A stretch of 56,311 nucleotides of DNA, counting the filler, from Sluysia triapertura (taxonomy: Eukaryota), in assembly GCA_046118255.1 (NCBI GenBank). It is 4 parts of 4 records of this genome, joined end to end, with 100 filler letters (N's around TTAATTAATTAA, not from the genome) between each part and the next. Parts side by side here need not be neighbours in the genome. Positions count along the whole stretch, not along the records: positions 11,440 to 26,287 come from JBJNIA010247427.1; positions 26,388 to 38,337 come from JBJNIA010153604.1; 2 more parts are not named here. One strand, given 5' to 3'. The translations under genes and the position numbers were made by a program. Shown here piece after piece: positions 14,777 to 27,459 of this stretch (position 1 is the first letter of the stretch; every line of letters starts with the position of its first letter). Under the pieces are notes generated by a model, which was not told the origin of the DNA, ran no database searches, and was given only the letters and a program-made list of their open reading frames with translations.

Positions 14777-14935
14777 TTACTGGTTAAAATTGACGTGCTT
14801 GTCAAAATCGATCACGATATGTTCGTATGTACTGGCAACAGTGGCAGGAGTGACCCAATGCGGAAGCAAGTGTAACGTAGTCTCTAGTTCTCTTGTGTCC
14901 ACTAACGTGTACACTGCTGCTAATGCTATTTCCAC
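14777..14935 (-). CDS. ERMP1: ERMP1 exon 6 (terminal; not in ORF track)
   Basis: TTACAG|VEIALAAVYTLVDTRELETTLHLLPHWVTPATVASTYEHIVIDFDKHVNFNQ*; typical ERMP1 C-terminal pattern. Confidence 0.88.
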   Translation of the reverse strand: MEIALAAVYTLVDTRELETTLHLLPHWVTPATVASTYEHIVIDFDKHVNFNQ

Positions 14936-17900
14936 CTGTAATAATAAAGATATGTGTTACAAAGTTAATAATTTCATTCAATATTGATCTTTAATTGATA
15001 AAAGTGATTTGTTACGTGTTTGCTCATGTAATTTTTATTTACCACGTTTGATCATGATTACCCTTTAAGGATGAGCGAGTCTAAAAACAAAATGGTGGTG
15101 GATTTCTTCAAAATAGGCTTTGTTTTAGTCTACAAGAAAATTATACTTTATATGTTCTTGTATTCTTGTCTTTTCGAGTCCTTAGATATAATAGTATAAA
15201 TCCAATTTGTTAAGAGTTAATCCATTCGCTGCCAACCACGAATATAATCGTGATACTTTCAATATACTAATTATAACATGCAACTTGTGGAGAGCTTGCA
15301 AAACTTGAAAAAAAGAGCTATAAATACATTGTCTTTTTCTGCTTTATTTATTAATTTGTTATGTTTATTGATAGGTACTACTTCTGACTCTACAAAACTA
15401 CACACTGCTTACACTGATGAGAGAGATGTTGCACAGATAAACTCAGTTAGAGTCAAATTGTTCAATATTACATGATCCCATTATCTCGGAGACTTAAAAG
15501 TAGAATCTAAGTAATCGTCAGCAGTGAATAACAACCAGTACTTGCAAATTTACATAAAATGGTGTTCCGTTTTTTATGTGATTCATGATTTTTTTTGCTT
15601 AAAGGTATATCGAGTCCTGCTGCATTATTATTTATGACAAAATGTGTGTATTTATCTTGAAATAATAAAACTTAGATAAACAATAACACTCAAAACAGAA
15701 ATGGCAAAGTGAATAACTTCATACAATTTAGGATTGGCAGCGAATGGGTTAATGTATTCTCTGATTTACAAAAAGAATAATTAATTGCATTTTAATGGAT
15801 CTATGATTATCTCTATAAATAATAATAGTTTACAAATTAATTTATTGAAATATTTTAAAAGTCGAAGTTTACAGCTTGAATTACTGAAATACTAAACCAA
15901 TAAGAAACTGGCCAATCATTTAAGTGGTCCTCAATTAATTTGGAACTTTTATATTCGGCGCCGGTCCATTTCTGGAAGACTTTCAAAATCAATTTTGATT
16001 GTTTTTATGACAAGATTTTGTACATTTTTAACCTTATTTAAACAAGATAGAAATTAAACTTGACTTGTTATAAGGGTGTCATAAATATAAAGTTCTAATG
16101 CAGCCTTGAGATTCGCTCAAATTGAATATTTGAACAAGACTCAATTTTATAACACAAGCTAAACTTTTACAAAAATAAAAAACCCTATAGTTACGTCTTT
16201 TTAACAACAGGCAAATCTGTATTAAAACAATTTTGCACATCTATAAATTAATTAGTTACGTGATAGTCTGTGCTTACGTTTCTATTTTAATAAAGTCAGA
16301 TCCGTGACCTTCTTTACTCTTGCACTTCGTAATACTTTATGATGTTATTGTGGCATTCTTGTACAAACAATGTCATTTAATTAATTTTCACACACAAACA
16401 TATCTGATATAATAAAAGAGCACTTACTCTCATATCTCGCCTAGTACTTGGAAGATTACTCACTTTACTCGACACAACATCAGGATGTGGCATGAAGATA
16501 ATCCACAACACCAAACTTGACCCACTATTCTTTCTCGATTCCAGATCTTGTCCATACGAGTAATAGATAAAATAGTGATTGTAATTCGCATGCTCGCTAC
16601 CATCCATATGAATTGGTTTTGGTGGGTACGGACCTAAAGACCAAGAAACTACTTTCATCTCTTTAGGAGTCATCAAATAAATATGAGAATGTGGTGGACC
16701 TTGAATTTGAAGAGTCACATTGACCATACCAGAAATATGTGTTACTTGACTCAGTACTAGAATAGAGGGACCTTTTTGATCTGAGATACTAAATTTGAAA
16801 TTATGCGTCACACACTTAGAGTACTGCCCACTATTTTAAATCCTTAATAGTAATAAATTAATATATTTAATTTATATTTTAATACCATGATCAAAATATT
16901 GCAATTATTATCTTCTATCTTATTCTTTCTCTATTTTCTTTGATAAGATTGCCTCTAATTACAACTTCCGTTAGATCTTCCATGATTAATCGATATTTCA
17001 AACCTGTCTACACATGCGTGACATCAACTAACTACTTTCAATCCAGCAACAAATAATTCACAATACATATGGTTGCTCATGTATATGGTTCCATTCAATA
17101 ATAACTTCACATTCCGTACTCCTCCAAGCATAATAACAGAGGATGAAACTAGATCATTTAAGGAATATAGACGTTACCAAAATAAGTTTTAAAGACATGA
17201 TTAACCTATAAAAATGCTTGGGATTATTTTGGCCCAATAGATATGAATATGTAGGAAATTGTGCAAAATTTGTATATATTTCACAACAATGCGTCCTTGC
17301 ACACAAGTTTTATTACTCAGCTTCCACACCTTTCTTATAACCCAGATCTCGTCCATGCGACTGACTTTTTCGCTTTTCATTTAAAGAAAACTGAAAAAAC
17401 AAATCGTCTGAATTTTGGTCAAATATAATCAAAATGTTTTATTTATATTTCTGGCAATGCCACATATTGAGGTATTATGAACTGATGCCTAGAATTCATA
17501 GTATTTTTAGCTTTTATATCATTAACTATTATTAAATTAACTAATTCATGATAATTATAAAAATAAAATTAAAATAAGTCTTAATACATTTATTAATTTT
17601 CTAAAACAATTATATGAAAATTTTGTTCATAATTGCCTGAACATACTATTGCCATATCTTCAATTGTCCTAAGAATGTAAATAAAAAATTGAAATAATCA
17701 GAAATAAAAATTAATAACTTATAAATTAAATTTACTTTGACACGTTTTTTGTGTCATTAAGATAATGATCAGTTATTGAGTTTAATTCAACTTCTTTAAT
17801 TTGTAAACGAGGACTAATTGTATTGACTACCGGCATTGATACCAATTCATGCGCTGTGTGTGCACAATGACAGGCTTTTCCATATTTGACACAGAGACCA

Positions 17901-18915
17901 GAATTTGAAATTTCATAAGGACACAATGCTGATTTGTAGAATAATGAATGGTCATCATCTTGTATTATATCGAACTTTACGTTATTGTCATTTTTAACAC
18001 TAAATGGCAATGAATGTTTAAGAGGAATTGATATAACTTTATTGTTACTAAATGGTAGATTAGTGATATTGGCTGTTGCGATAAGATTCGGAATCGAATG
18101 ACCAGTTCGTACTAAGTTTAGAACGGCATCATGAGTATTGCTGGAATAAGGAAAATACGGCAACACCGATTGCAATGACGAATATTGTTCATGTTTAATC
18201 ATTAAGATATACTTATTTGGCAAAACGAAATCTTTATTTCTATCATTTGAATTGTCAGAATTTTTAATAGCATTTTGTAACATAATTGAAGTTGATACTT
18301 CATTATCTCTTGAAGTTGGGACAAGATCACATGATTTTATCTGACTACTAATGATGTTAGCACGTAGATTGGCATCAAATTGGTTATATAAATTCTTTAT
18401 CGACTTTGTATTATTCGTTAGATCATTATACGCATTAGAATTAGAGTACGTACAACCTGATGATGAACATTATAGTCATGAATTTTTGAATCATGATTAT
18501 CGTTATCATAATCGTCGTCAAAACTGTTATAAACTTTAAGTTTTTGTAAGACATTGAAGATAACAATACCTTTTGTAATATAATTTTGATTTCTAAATCT
18601 AAAATTTTTTGATATTGAAAGACTTTTCTTATTCTAGCTACAAAATTAATAATAGTTGAATAGGCGATCTTTACATAAAATATTCGAATATAATTTAAAT
18701 TTGTCTTTAATGATTATTTTACAATTATTCTATCTTTATTTGTGCTACTATTTTTAACTAAGTCTCCTGAAAGAGGATTGGAAGGCCAATAATATTATTG
18801 ATATTATAATAAGAGTGGCTGTAAGTGATGACAGCAAAAATCTATGCTAATTGAAAAGCAGTCATCACTGAGAACATACATGATGGCAGCAACTAACCAT
18901 AATTTTAGGCTGCAT

Positions 18916-18980
<65 letters not shown>

Positions 18981-21900
18981 AAAATAAAATGGCATAAAAT
19001 AATAACGGAAAACATCAAATAGTAAGTGGATTTTAAAAATTTTTTATATCTACAATTATAATAGTAAGTGGAGTCCGCTATTTGTATTTTGCAATAAATT
19101 GTTTTTGTTTTAATAATATAGGTTCTATTAATACAATTTTGAATTTGTTTCAATGGTTGACTTGTCGAAAACGCTATTAATGGATGAGACGTCTGTATAT
19201 TTTGAAGACAATCGAAAGGTAACAATTGATGTAAAAGGCAGTAAGCACGTTATTATAAAGGCAACAGGATTTTCTTCAATAAGATTTACAGCCGTGATAT
19301 CAACAACATTCAAAGATCAATCAATGCAGCAGGATTTTCTGCAAATTATTCTGAGTGGCATATAAAAAAACACGATATATATGGTGAAGCTTTCGTTGAA
19401 AGGTATCTATCGGAAGTTTGCGAAGACAATAACCACGGCAAAAACGAAGAAATGCTCGATGATGATGAGTTCGTTATCATTGGTGAATAATCGTCTTTGT
19501 ATTTTTTAATCTTCTATACAAAAGCTTTTTATACAAACGATATTTTTCTACCTAAGATTTTTTTTGTTTAAGAATAATTTTAGTTTTTCTAATTTCTATT
19601 GAATACAACTTTATTTTGCAATTTTTTCTGAAAGCATCTAATAATAGTTGTAATCAAATAATAGGTGCATTTTTAAAAATGCACCTATTATTTAACTAGT
19701 AGGACACCTACTATTTGATGTTTTCCGTTAATAAAAACTAACAATTCTTTTAAATTCTTTGAAACAAAATTTTTTACTTTACATTTATCTTCTTTTCTTT
19801 AAAAATATTTAAATAAAATTTCCACATAAATTCCTTTATTATTTATTATATTCTGTTTCTTTAAATTCTTAAAAATTATTTAAATTGTTTCTTTAAAATA
19901 TCGAAACAGAATAAAAATAAAAGCATAAACCTCTTTTATGAAAATAATTCTTTTTCTTATTGTATTTCTATAGAATTGATAAAGTAATAAAAAGGTGATG
20001 TTAAAGAAATTGGTAGAAGAATATAATTGAGGATGTTAAAGAAATTCCATTTTAATTGTAATGTTTAAAATGATTTGAAATGTTAATTTAATGTTTTTGA
20101 ATGAGTGATTTAAGAATTGAACTTGAACTTTTTTGGATTAACTTTAAAATGTACATTTGATAATTTAGATCCTGAGTATGATTTTAATGTTGTGAAATTG
20201 TGAATTCAAAGTCTTTTAAAGTATCGAGAATTTTAATGAATCTGTAGAATTAAATGTGTAATGTTAAATTAAAATTTCAAATGCAAAGGTTGGCCACCAC
20301 ACCATAAATTCTAGAGCAAATCAAATTCACATCAATAATTTGACAACCCTCGTATTCTGAATTATATAAAGATTATTAAAAACTAACAATTTATTGGAAT
20401 GTCGACCGAGAGGAATTGAGTGTGGCTCAGCCGGAAGCCAAATACCTTTTCCAAGAATTTTAGCAAGTGGAAAGATATATGGATAACCACAGTATGGCCT
20501 TAGTTCACAAATTACTGCTTTTGTCTAAATAATAATGATAATAATAATACTCTCATGTTTAAATTTTCTAAAAATAGTAAATTAGTAGTAATAATTTAAC
20601 AAGAATAATTTCAATATCAAAAAAGTATAATAATGCAGATTTTAAATAATAATCACCAACAATAATAATAGTACCATGTCATTGGTCAATGTATTCACTT
20701 ATAAATAGTTGATACTATCAGCAGCATATCAGTCACAAATGCAATTCAATATTATAAACTAACAATTAACAACCACTTTTAATGAATCACAATTTTACAG
20801 GCGAAAACTAGGACATTAAATTTCAAATCATTGCGTGCAAGTGACAAATGCGACATTACTAATTGAAGTTAGTTACTTTCAAGACAAGTTTAGGATCTTG
20901 CCATATTAATTTAAAAATAAACCTCCACTATTATTCTTTTCGATACCTTAAGTGTGTAAGTCTAGGATCGCAGGAGACTCACGCGTTACTGTTGAACATC
21001 CAATTATGAAGACTAGAAACCTTAATAAACAATTATACTATTTCGTTGCCTAATTATTTGATCGGAGTACCTTGTAATCGAGTTCCTTTCCTTTATACCT
21101 CCTGTTCTACAATAATTCATGATAAAATTTTGATAAAAATAGTTTTCTTTTCCGAATAATTAAAATGTAATATTGTACTTACTAAGATCGATATCCAAGA
21201 AAATGTCATTCAAAAGTATTAATCAACTATTTAATTATATGTGAATAACTCCACTTCATTGATATTGTTTTACGGACAATAAATTCTTCAATTTCATTCT
21301 ATAATAACTTTTCTATAGTTAATTTCTATTACCGAACCACTTTCTTTCTACAGTCAATATCACTAAATGATTAATTGTATTAATTGATTTTCTTCTATAA
21401 ATATTATTTCAGCCCTATTATAATTTATTCATTATTTCATACACATTAACTGCACATTAGACTAAAGACCATTTTTGTGATAAAATTCAACATTTTCCAA
21501 GGATACTATGAAACTATTAATCAAAAGTGTATAAATAAAGGCCATTTACTACAGACAGTTGACAAGGAAAATGTAAAACGTTGGAAAATAATTACTTTCT
21601 CCAAAAAATTCTGATGAAAGTAAATAGATAAAAATACTGATTCAAAGCATACAGAAATTTTATACATGTAGAATGTGATAACACAATTTACTACAAATCA
21701 AATATGTACAAACTTTTGCATCACTACTTTGCTTGCCCTCCTTTGTTGTCAAATAATTTCCCGATCCTTAAAGTCTTTGATCTTGTCATCGTGATGCCAT
21801 ACTTTTATCAGTGTTTCAATAAATTTCAATTAGTTTATGTTTGTAATATTCGGTTTTTCATTTCTAATTTAATAAAATGGTATTATTTTCGCTCTTGCGA

Positions 21901-24494
21901 TGCTTCTATTTAATCCGAAACCCTAACTATTTACTAATTACATTTTATTTCGCACTTTTTACATTCCATTTTTGTTTTTTCATAAAGAGTGCTCATTTTT
22001 GAACTCTGTCTTTCTCGATACCGAATTTTTAAGCTACCTCTTTGAGATTATTAAGATATAATTACTTTATTTTATTTAGGATTTATTTTAAAATAATATT
22101 TTTGGTAATTTTCTATGAAATTAAATTATTATAAAAATACTCTCAGACTTTATTGGCATAGTACGATACTAACATCGAAATGAGATATTTTTTGCAGATA
22201 ATTCTTAAGTAGATCAAGTCCATTTGCATCGACCGATGCCATCCAAATTCCATTTTCTGATACATCTATTTGTCCGTTCGAATTTCTAATATTTCTCATT
22301 ACATGATTGATGATTATTCGTTGTTTCCTCGGAATCTGATCCGACGTATTGTACGGAAAACCATACCCAGTTGTATGAACAACTAACCAATACGAAACTG
22401 AGATATTTATAAGAAAAAACAATATCCAACGTATTGAAGAAGGTTTTAAAAGAACAATCCTTTCAGAAAATACTAAAGATACAATTGAAATCGAAAATCC
22501 CGTTATCAATGCAATTACAGCGTCAGCCATTATGAATCCCGATCTACCCATAACAGGAATGAAAAAATCAAACAAGATAAAAATCATATAAAACGAATAA
22601 AGCATGGGCACAGAATAAACTAAAGTGTCAATTACAAAACAAATCAATGCTGATTGGCCGAATATTTTTTGAATATTATTCATAATTACGTGGATAAGTA
22701 AAAAGATTAACCACATTGTCAGTAAAAAGGAACTCAATAAACCTGCCAATGTTAAAATAAAGGTAACAACAGCAAAAAGTAAAATACAGCTATATTTAAG
22801 TGCTCTTGATTTGGATTGGTTGTTATATTGGTCCAATGGAATCCAATGTATTATTTTGGAATAAAATAAAACATAAAAACACAATAAAGGTAGCAAATAC
22901 AATCCAACAATATGATACCTATTAGAATACCACGTCATGCGTACACCAAAAATGTGTATTACTGCACCCAGTCCAAAGCACAGTAGTAAAGAAGATAGTA
23001 GCCAAGCAATGTGAAAAAAGAAATAAATAGTGAAAATTCGTTTGTGGGACATGTAATTGTATGTAACAATTGAAAATATAACTAAACAAAAGAAAAGATT
23101 GATAAAGTAACCGAGACGTTCCGAGTAATTAATAAGAAATAAACCTAGGAAATCAAAATAAATTATTCTATCAGAACTGCTCGTTTCTTTTGAAGAAGTT
23201 GTCGCACTGCAATCATCGCTTTTCAATTCTGGTTGTAATAAATTAACTTCCTTCAAATTTGCCAATAACAAAGCGAGTCGAAGAATATTTTCACCAGTGT
23301 GAATCAAGCATTTTTGTGGAATACGATCTTCAGTGTCGTATCGAGTGTGGTAGACATAACCGTTTGTAATAAAGGCTAAATCGATGCCGGGTAATGAGGC
23401 AAAATCGCGAAAAATTCGATAATCTGTGTCTGATGGGACAAGATTAGCCGAAAATACTTCTTGTGCAATCACATTCGCTAACGGTTGCCGTAATACCGAA
23501 CCGATGCTTTTAATTAACCAAGGATTACTGTAATAGAAAGTAACATACATATATACATTTAACGTACCTCTTACTTGTTTGAAAAATCATTTGACGACCA
23601 CCACTTCCAGCAGCTTCTAAATTCACAAACAAGCTCACATCTTTAATCCATTTGTGTTGAGAAACGAAAGCATGACTGCCCTGTAAAACATTTTCTTCAG
23701 CTCCGTTAAAAAGAAATATTAAGTCGTGTTCCAAATTAATCGGTTGAGAGGATAAAATAGTCTGGATAACCTCCATCAAAACTGTACAACTTACTAAATC
23801 ATCACTAGCTCCAGGTCCATCGAAGAAACTGTCGTAATGACAATTAAACAAAATTGCTTTCGACTTCCTAAATTATTATTTTCTTAATATTGTTTTATTA
23901 ATCAATTAAAAATCAAACATTTAATAAAAAATAATCAATTAAATTTATCGAATCACTCGCTTACCGATGAGACTTATCAAAATTAGTATCGTGCAAACGA
24001 ACAACAATATTCCGTATGTTAGCATAAACGGAACTCATAAAATATTTTCCGAATAAGACAATTGGAAATGAATTTAATTCAGCTAATTGATCATCAACTT
24101 TCATAACTATATTTGACAAATTGGATTTTAGGTAAGAATTTTCTAATTCCATAAAAAAGCGTAGCAAATAAGCTGGTGTATAAATTTCATTTGCAATAGA
24201 ACCTACTGGACGTCTACCTAACTTAGATATAGATTTTAAATGATTTCTGGCGCGGGAATCATTAAAATGCGGTTCAATGTTATCTATGTCCTTATCTAAT
24301 GAAATCTGAAAAATGTCTTCATTTATATCACAAGTTTGTTGAATATTTTGAGCAAAATTAAATAAGACAAAAGAAAAGGCAAGAATGCAGCACATGTACG
24401 TAACTCCGATTTCATCCCTCGATGGCTTTTCACTGCATACATTATTATTATCAACTACATTCGACATCTTTTCCGCCTTTTCATTTAATTTCAT
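14777..24494 (-). CDS. ERMP1: Endoplasmic reticulum metallopeptidase 1-like (peptidase M28, multi-pass membrane), six exons, 948 aa
   Basis: Manually spliced: 24494-23965, 23867-23568, 23527-22174, 20524-20388, 16830-16464, 14935-14777. All introns are GT..AG and phases are compatible (2847 nt = 949 codons including stop). M28 motifs are intact: NCHYD, GASDD, NGAEE, NLEAAG, YHT. A long hydrophobic multi-TM block and an ERMP1-type C-terminus (CGYPY..WLPA, GPPH, FIYYSYG, LPHW..STY) follow. The exon 4/5 junction is the least certain. Confidence 0.93.
15221..15748. mobile_element. Non-autonomous piggyBac-type element in ERMP1 intron 5
   Basis: TTAA|TCCATTCGCTGCCAA ... TTGGCAGCGAATGGG|TTAA: terminal inverted repeats with TTAA duplication. 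Confidence 0.88.
16464..16830 (-). CDS. ERMP1: ERMP1 exon 5
   Basis: GPPHSHIYL..VVSWSL..YFIYYSYG; acceptor ATAG at 16831; donor GTGAGT at 16463. Confidence 0.85.
17130..17390 (+). mobile_element. mariner transposase relic (internally deleted)
   Basis: IITEDET (ITGDETW), WDYFGPI, HNNASLHT (HDNARPH) and LPHLSYNPDL (HPPYSPDL) occur in the expected order. Confidence 0.72.
17732..18469 (-). CDS. CCCH zinc-finger ORF nested in ERMP1 intron 4 (element-borne, copy B)
   Basis: 245 stop-free codons (first Met at 18283). FYKSALCPYEISNSGLCVKYGKACHCAHTAHEL at 17858-17923 = C-x9-C-x6-C-x3-H with a TIS11-like YK..L lead-in and HEL tail. Confidence 0.65.
   Translation of the reverse strand, partial: CSSSGCTYSNSNAYNDLTNNTKSIKNLYNQFDANLRANIISSQIKSCDLVPTSRDNEVSTSIMLQNAIKNSDNSNDRNKDFVLPNKYILMIKHEQYSSLQSVLPYFPYSSNTHDAVLNLVRTGHSIPNLIATANITNLPFSNNKVISIPLKHSLPFSVKNDNNVKFDIIQDDDHSLFYKSALCPYEISNSGLCVKYGKACHCAHTAHELVSMPVVNTISPRLQIKEVELNSITDHYLNDTKNVSK
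18917..18979. repeat. (AAT)n microsatellite
   Basis: Direct reading. Confidence 0.95.
19150..19700 (+). mobile_element. pogo/Tigger-family transposase relic
   Basis: LMDETSVYFEDNRKVTIDVKGSKHVIIKATGFSSIRFTAVIS matches the pogo NMDET..F....TI..KG.K.V....TG..K.RFT motif; acidic C-terminal relic near 19440-19490. Confidence 0.75.
19740..20301 (-). mobile_element. LTR-like terminal segment of the CCCH element family, copy B
   Basis: Begins TGTGGTGGCCAACC; aligns by eye with 28600-28942 (e.g. TTTTAATGTT.TGA.ATTGTGAATT and TTTTAATGAATCTG). Confidence 0.7.
20388..20524 (-). CDS. ERMP1: ERMP1 exon 4 (not in ORF track)
   Basis: TTTAG|TKAVICELRPYCGYPYIFPLAKILGKGIWLPAEPH...|GTTAGT; matches the C..CG.P..P......WLPA motif of ERMP1 proteins. 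Confidence 0.85.
21720..22050 (-). mobile_element. Possible pogo/CENP-B-type HTH relic in ERMP1 intron 3
   Basis: LKEVA*KFGIEKDRVQK resembles a transposase helix-turn-helix; the rest is stop-ridden. Confidence 0.3.
22174..23527 (-). CDS. ERMP1: ERMP1 exon 3 (end of M28 domain and transmembrane region)
   Basis: PSDTDYRIFRDF, GYVYHT, multiple hydrophobic helices, PVMGRSG; donor GTTAGT at 22173. Confidence 0.92.
23568..23867 (-). CDS. ERMP1: ERMP1 exon 2 (zinc-ligand motifs)
   Basis: Acceptor TTTAG at 23868; NCHYD, GASDD, GAEE, NLE; donor GTACGT at 23567. Removing a 40-bp intron yields FQTSKSNPWL. Confidence 0.92.
23965..24494 (-). CDS. ERMP1: ERMP1 exon 1 (N-terminal TM and start of the M28 domain)
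   Basis: ORF with FNDSRARNHL..LGRRPVGSIANE..NIVVRL; donor GTAAGC at 23964; a 97-bp intron follows. Confidence 0.9.
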
Positions 24495-25299
24495 ATTTAA
24501 ATATTATAAATAAAATAAAAAGTTTACTATATTTACAAATAATAACTCAATAAAAGTTTGTCAGAGATTTAATAATTTATTTCTATTATTGAAAAAATTC
24601 AAGTAAAAAAACGAAAACAAGTATAAAACACTATATAGTAAATTCAAAAAGTACTTCAATATATAAAAACAAAAAAACGATATTCATTTCTTATTATAAT
24701 TGCAGCTTTGGGAAACAAAAAGAATGATATATTTTTATTTGTACAATAGTGTTAAATGATAAATTGTATTAGATATAGTTTATGAACTTAAAAATACTTA
24801 TTTTTTACAAAGCTTTTAATAATTATTATTATAATTATAATAATAGATCCACTGTAAAATAAGTGCCCAGAAACGCTTAAAATAAATCATTCACTACAAT
24901 ATTTCTGAAATAGAATAAACTTTGCTTTTTTAATATTCCTTAATTTTCCAGTAATTTAATATTCTTTATTTGCTGATTGTATATTTTTGAAATATAAACA
25001 ACACATAACATATCACCTATTTTATTATTGTTGTGGATTCTGTATAAGTTATTGTATCTTTTCGTTTCCTTGTTTTATTATTTCCAAGAGATATCCAATA
25101 CCTCCAGGTGCAAGCATTTATAAATTTGCAAGAATTTTACGACGAAAAGGTTAAGTTTGTTCTTACAAAAATATCTGGAACAAACTTTATACCTATGCTT
25201 AGAGACGGCTTGTTAGGATTTTTTATTATTAACGAAATTATTTTAACAATACTAATATTACCTATAAGATTGCGTAAAATCGTTAATTTTACTTTTACA

Positions 25300-26287
25300 A
25301 ATTCGATTATTATAAATTAAACTAATCCTTAAGATCTAGTTTATGAAAATTAAGCTAGCCCTTAAGGTCTAGGGCACAACTCGAATTAAATTTTATAATA
25401 TATTAACAGTTATAATATATTAATAATATATTTTATAATAGTAACAGTAATAGAAGATTTTAAAATATGTTACAAGAGTTAAATAACAACTAAAATCTAA
25501 TAATTAAAGTCCTTTTAAAAAACTAAATGAGTACAACTTCTTAATAACGTAAAAATAAAATAACAATACTGCAAAGATGGTTTTCACCTAACCTACGATG
25601 CAAATGTAACCTGGAGAGAGTTCGCCTAGCAGAAAACGACTTAAGTCAGAGCGACGGCGGCCTATTACGATTTACAGAGAAAATTAAATAAATAAACGTC
25701 ACAATAAGGATTACCTAAGAAGATTTTTTCAGCTTATTTAAATGTTATGATTATAATAAATTTAACTGATTTTGAGTTAGCCTTTTTACGGTCTAACTTG
25801 TAAATGAAATATTACATTCGCCGTTTACGGTCTAATTATTGAAAACTCTAAATGAGATTTTATAATATTAAGCTAGCCTTATTGCGGTCTAGTGTTTGAC
25901 AGTGATTCAAAACAAATTTTAATAAAAGAAGTTTTATTCACCACAAGAATAAAAAGAATTTACAAAATACTTAAAATATAATACAGACAACAAGTTTATT
26001 TAACTTGAATTCCGAAGAATTTAGTTTTAATATGTTATATTGATTTTTACTTATCCGATTTTTACTTACGGTATAAGCAAGGTTTAAAAAGAGTTTAAGT
26101 AGAAGTTTACTTCTCCCTTTTTACGGTGAGAAGGTGTTAAATCCTAATAAATACAAACTTACTTTCATAGATTTGTTTTGTTGGAACTGATGATTAAAAA
26201 GCTTGTTAGAATTTTCCTTATTCCTAACAAATTATCTGTAGGGTCAGTTCGCTTAGTATATACGCTTTATACCAAACTTGGAGACGT
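25300..26287 (+). mobile_element. Putative 3' region of an LTR element: Cys-containing relic, hairpin array, PPT-like tract and TGTTAAAT start
   Basis: 25570-25680 is homologous to 40840-40945; six CC-loop-GG-T hairpins; GGTGAGAAGG|TGTTAAAT at 26135, the same junction as at 13647. Confidence 0.55.
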
Positions 26288-26920
26288 NNNNNNNNNNNNN
26301 NNNNNNNNNNNNNNNNNNNNNNNNNNNNNNNTTAATTAATTAANNNNNNNNNNNNNNNNNNNNNNNNNNNNNNNNNNNNNNNNNNNNAAAGTTAATAGTT
26401 TTTTAATGGTTATAAAGTTAAAATGTTCTCATTTAGCTAAAGTTTTAAACTTATTAAATAAAAAAATAAAATAAAATGCTAGTAATTTTTGTGTAATTAA
26501 AAAATTAACTAAAAATAATTTTAATTTAATATCCACAAGCTATAAAAAGTCCTCCCAACATCTAAACTTTCTGGATACTCATATTCTTAGTGGTTGTTGC
26601 GTCACTCCTGGTTTGTTTTGTCTTAGTTAGATTGTAGTGTCTTTGACTTTATCATAAACATTATTGTTATTTTTGTCATTTTAGTGATTCTTAGCATTTA
26701 GTAAAGATTTTCAATGACAATAAATTATATTATTTAATTTTTGTTTAATACTACATTATTGACTTAGTTTTGATTTAATTTTCAAGAATTAAATTTGGGG
26801 TATTCGTTATTAATATTAAGAGAGAATATTACCATAAAATTATATCTGATATACTGAATATTGAAATTATTAAGATTCTTTTAAGCTGATCAAAATAATA
26901 ATAATATTGAGTTGTAATAA

Positions 26921-27184
26921 CTAACAAATTTTAAAGACGCAACATTTATGTTTATTGCTTAACTTATAATTGTTATATATAGATAGCGAATTTGTGGGAT
27001 TCATTCGTAAAGAAAGTAATAATTTGTTGAATCTATTCATATGATCATTTGAATTGCAATTACTGATAGGATTAGAAATTGTTTCGAAAATATTATGGCC
27101 GTATTGGCATGAGTGGCCAAATCTACGACATATACCAAAATCGTCTGTAATGGATTGACATATCCCGACTTTGTTGTTACTCAT
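26921..27184 (-). pseudogene. CCCH zinc-finger coding relic (copy C)
   Basis: KVGICQSITDDFGICRRFGHSCQYGHNIFE (27160-27095), C-x9-C-x6-C-x3-H; about 300 bp downstream of the RRM relic on the same strand. Confidence 0.75.
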
Positions 27185-27459
27185 ATAATTTTCATTTTTT
27201 GACTGTACATCAAATGTTGTATTTGGTGAGATAACTATATCTGAATGGAAGCTAGCTTATCCATATCACTTGTATTAAATGCTTTACAATGCTTTCACAA
27301 TTTGGAAAATCTTACATTTCTAAAAGTATTATCAAAATGAAAATGACAACAAATTTCTCTGAATGGGTGAAATTGGAATTTATATGACACTTCGGTATTT
27401 GCTAAATTGAAAACATTAGTTTAATCTAAAACATATTTTTGTTGAAGATGGATCTGGGA

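Noticed and set aside
14766-14987. Plus-strand 73-aa ORF
   Set aside because: Antisense to ERMP1 exon 6.
15855-15990. Minus-strand open stretch ILKVFQKW...DWPVSYW as a candidate last ERMP1 exon
   Set aside because: 14935-14777 has a clean acceptor, the correct phase and a much better ERMP1 C-terminal pattern.
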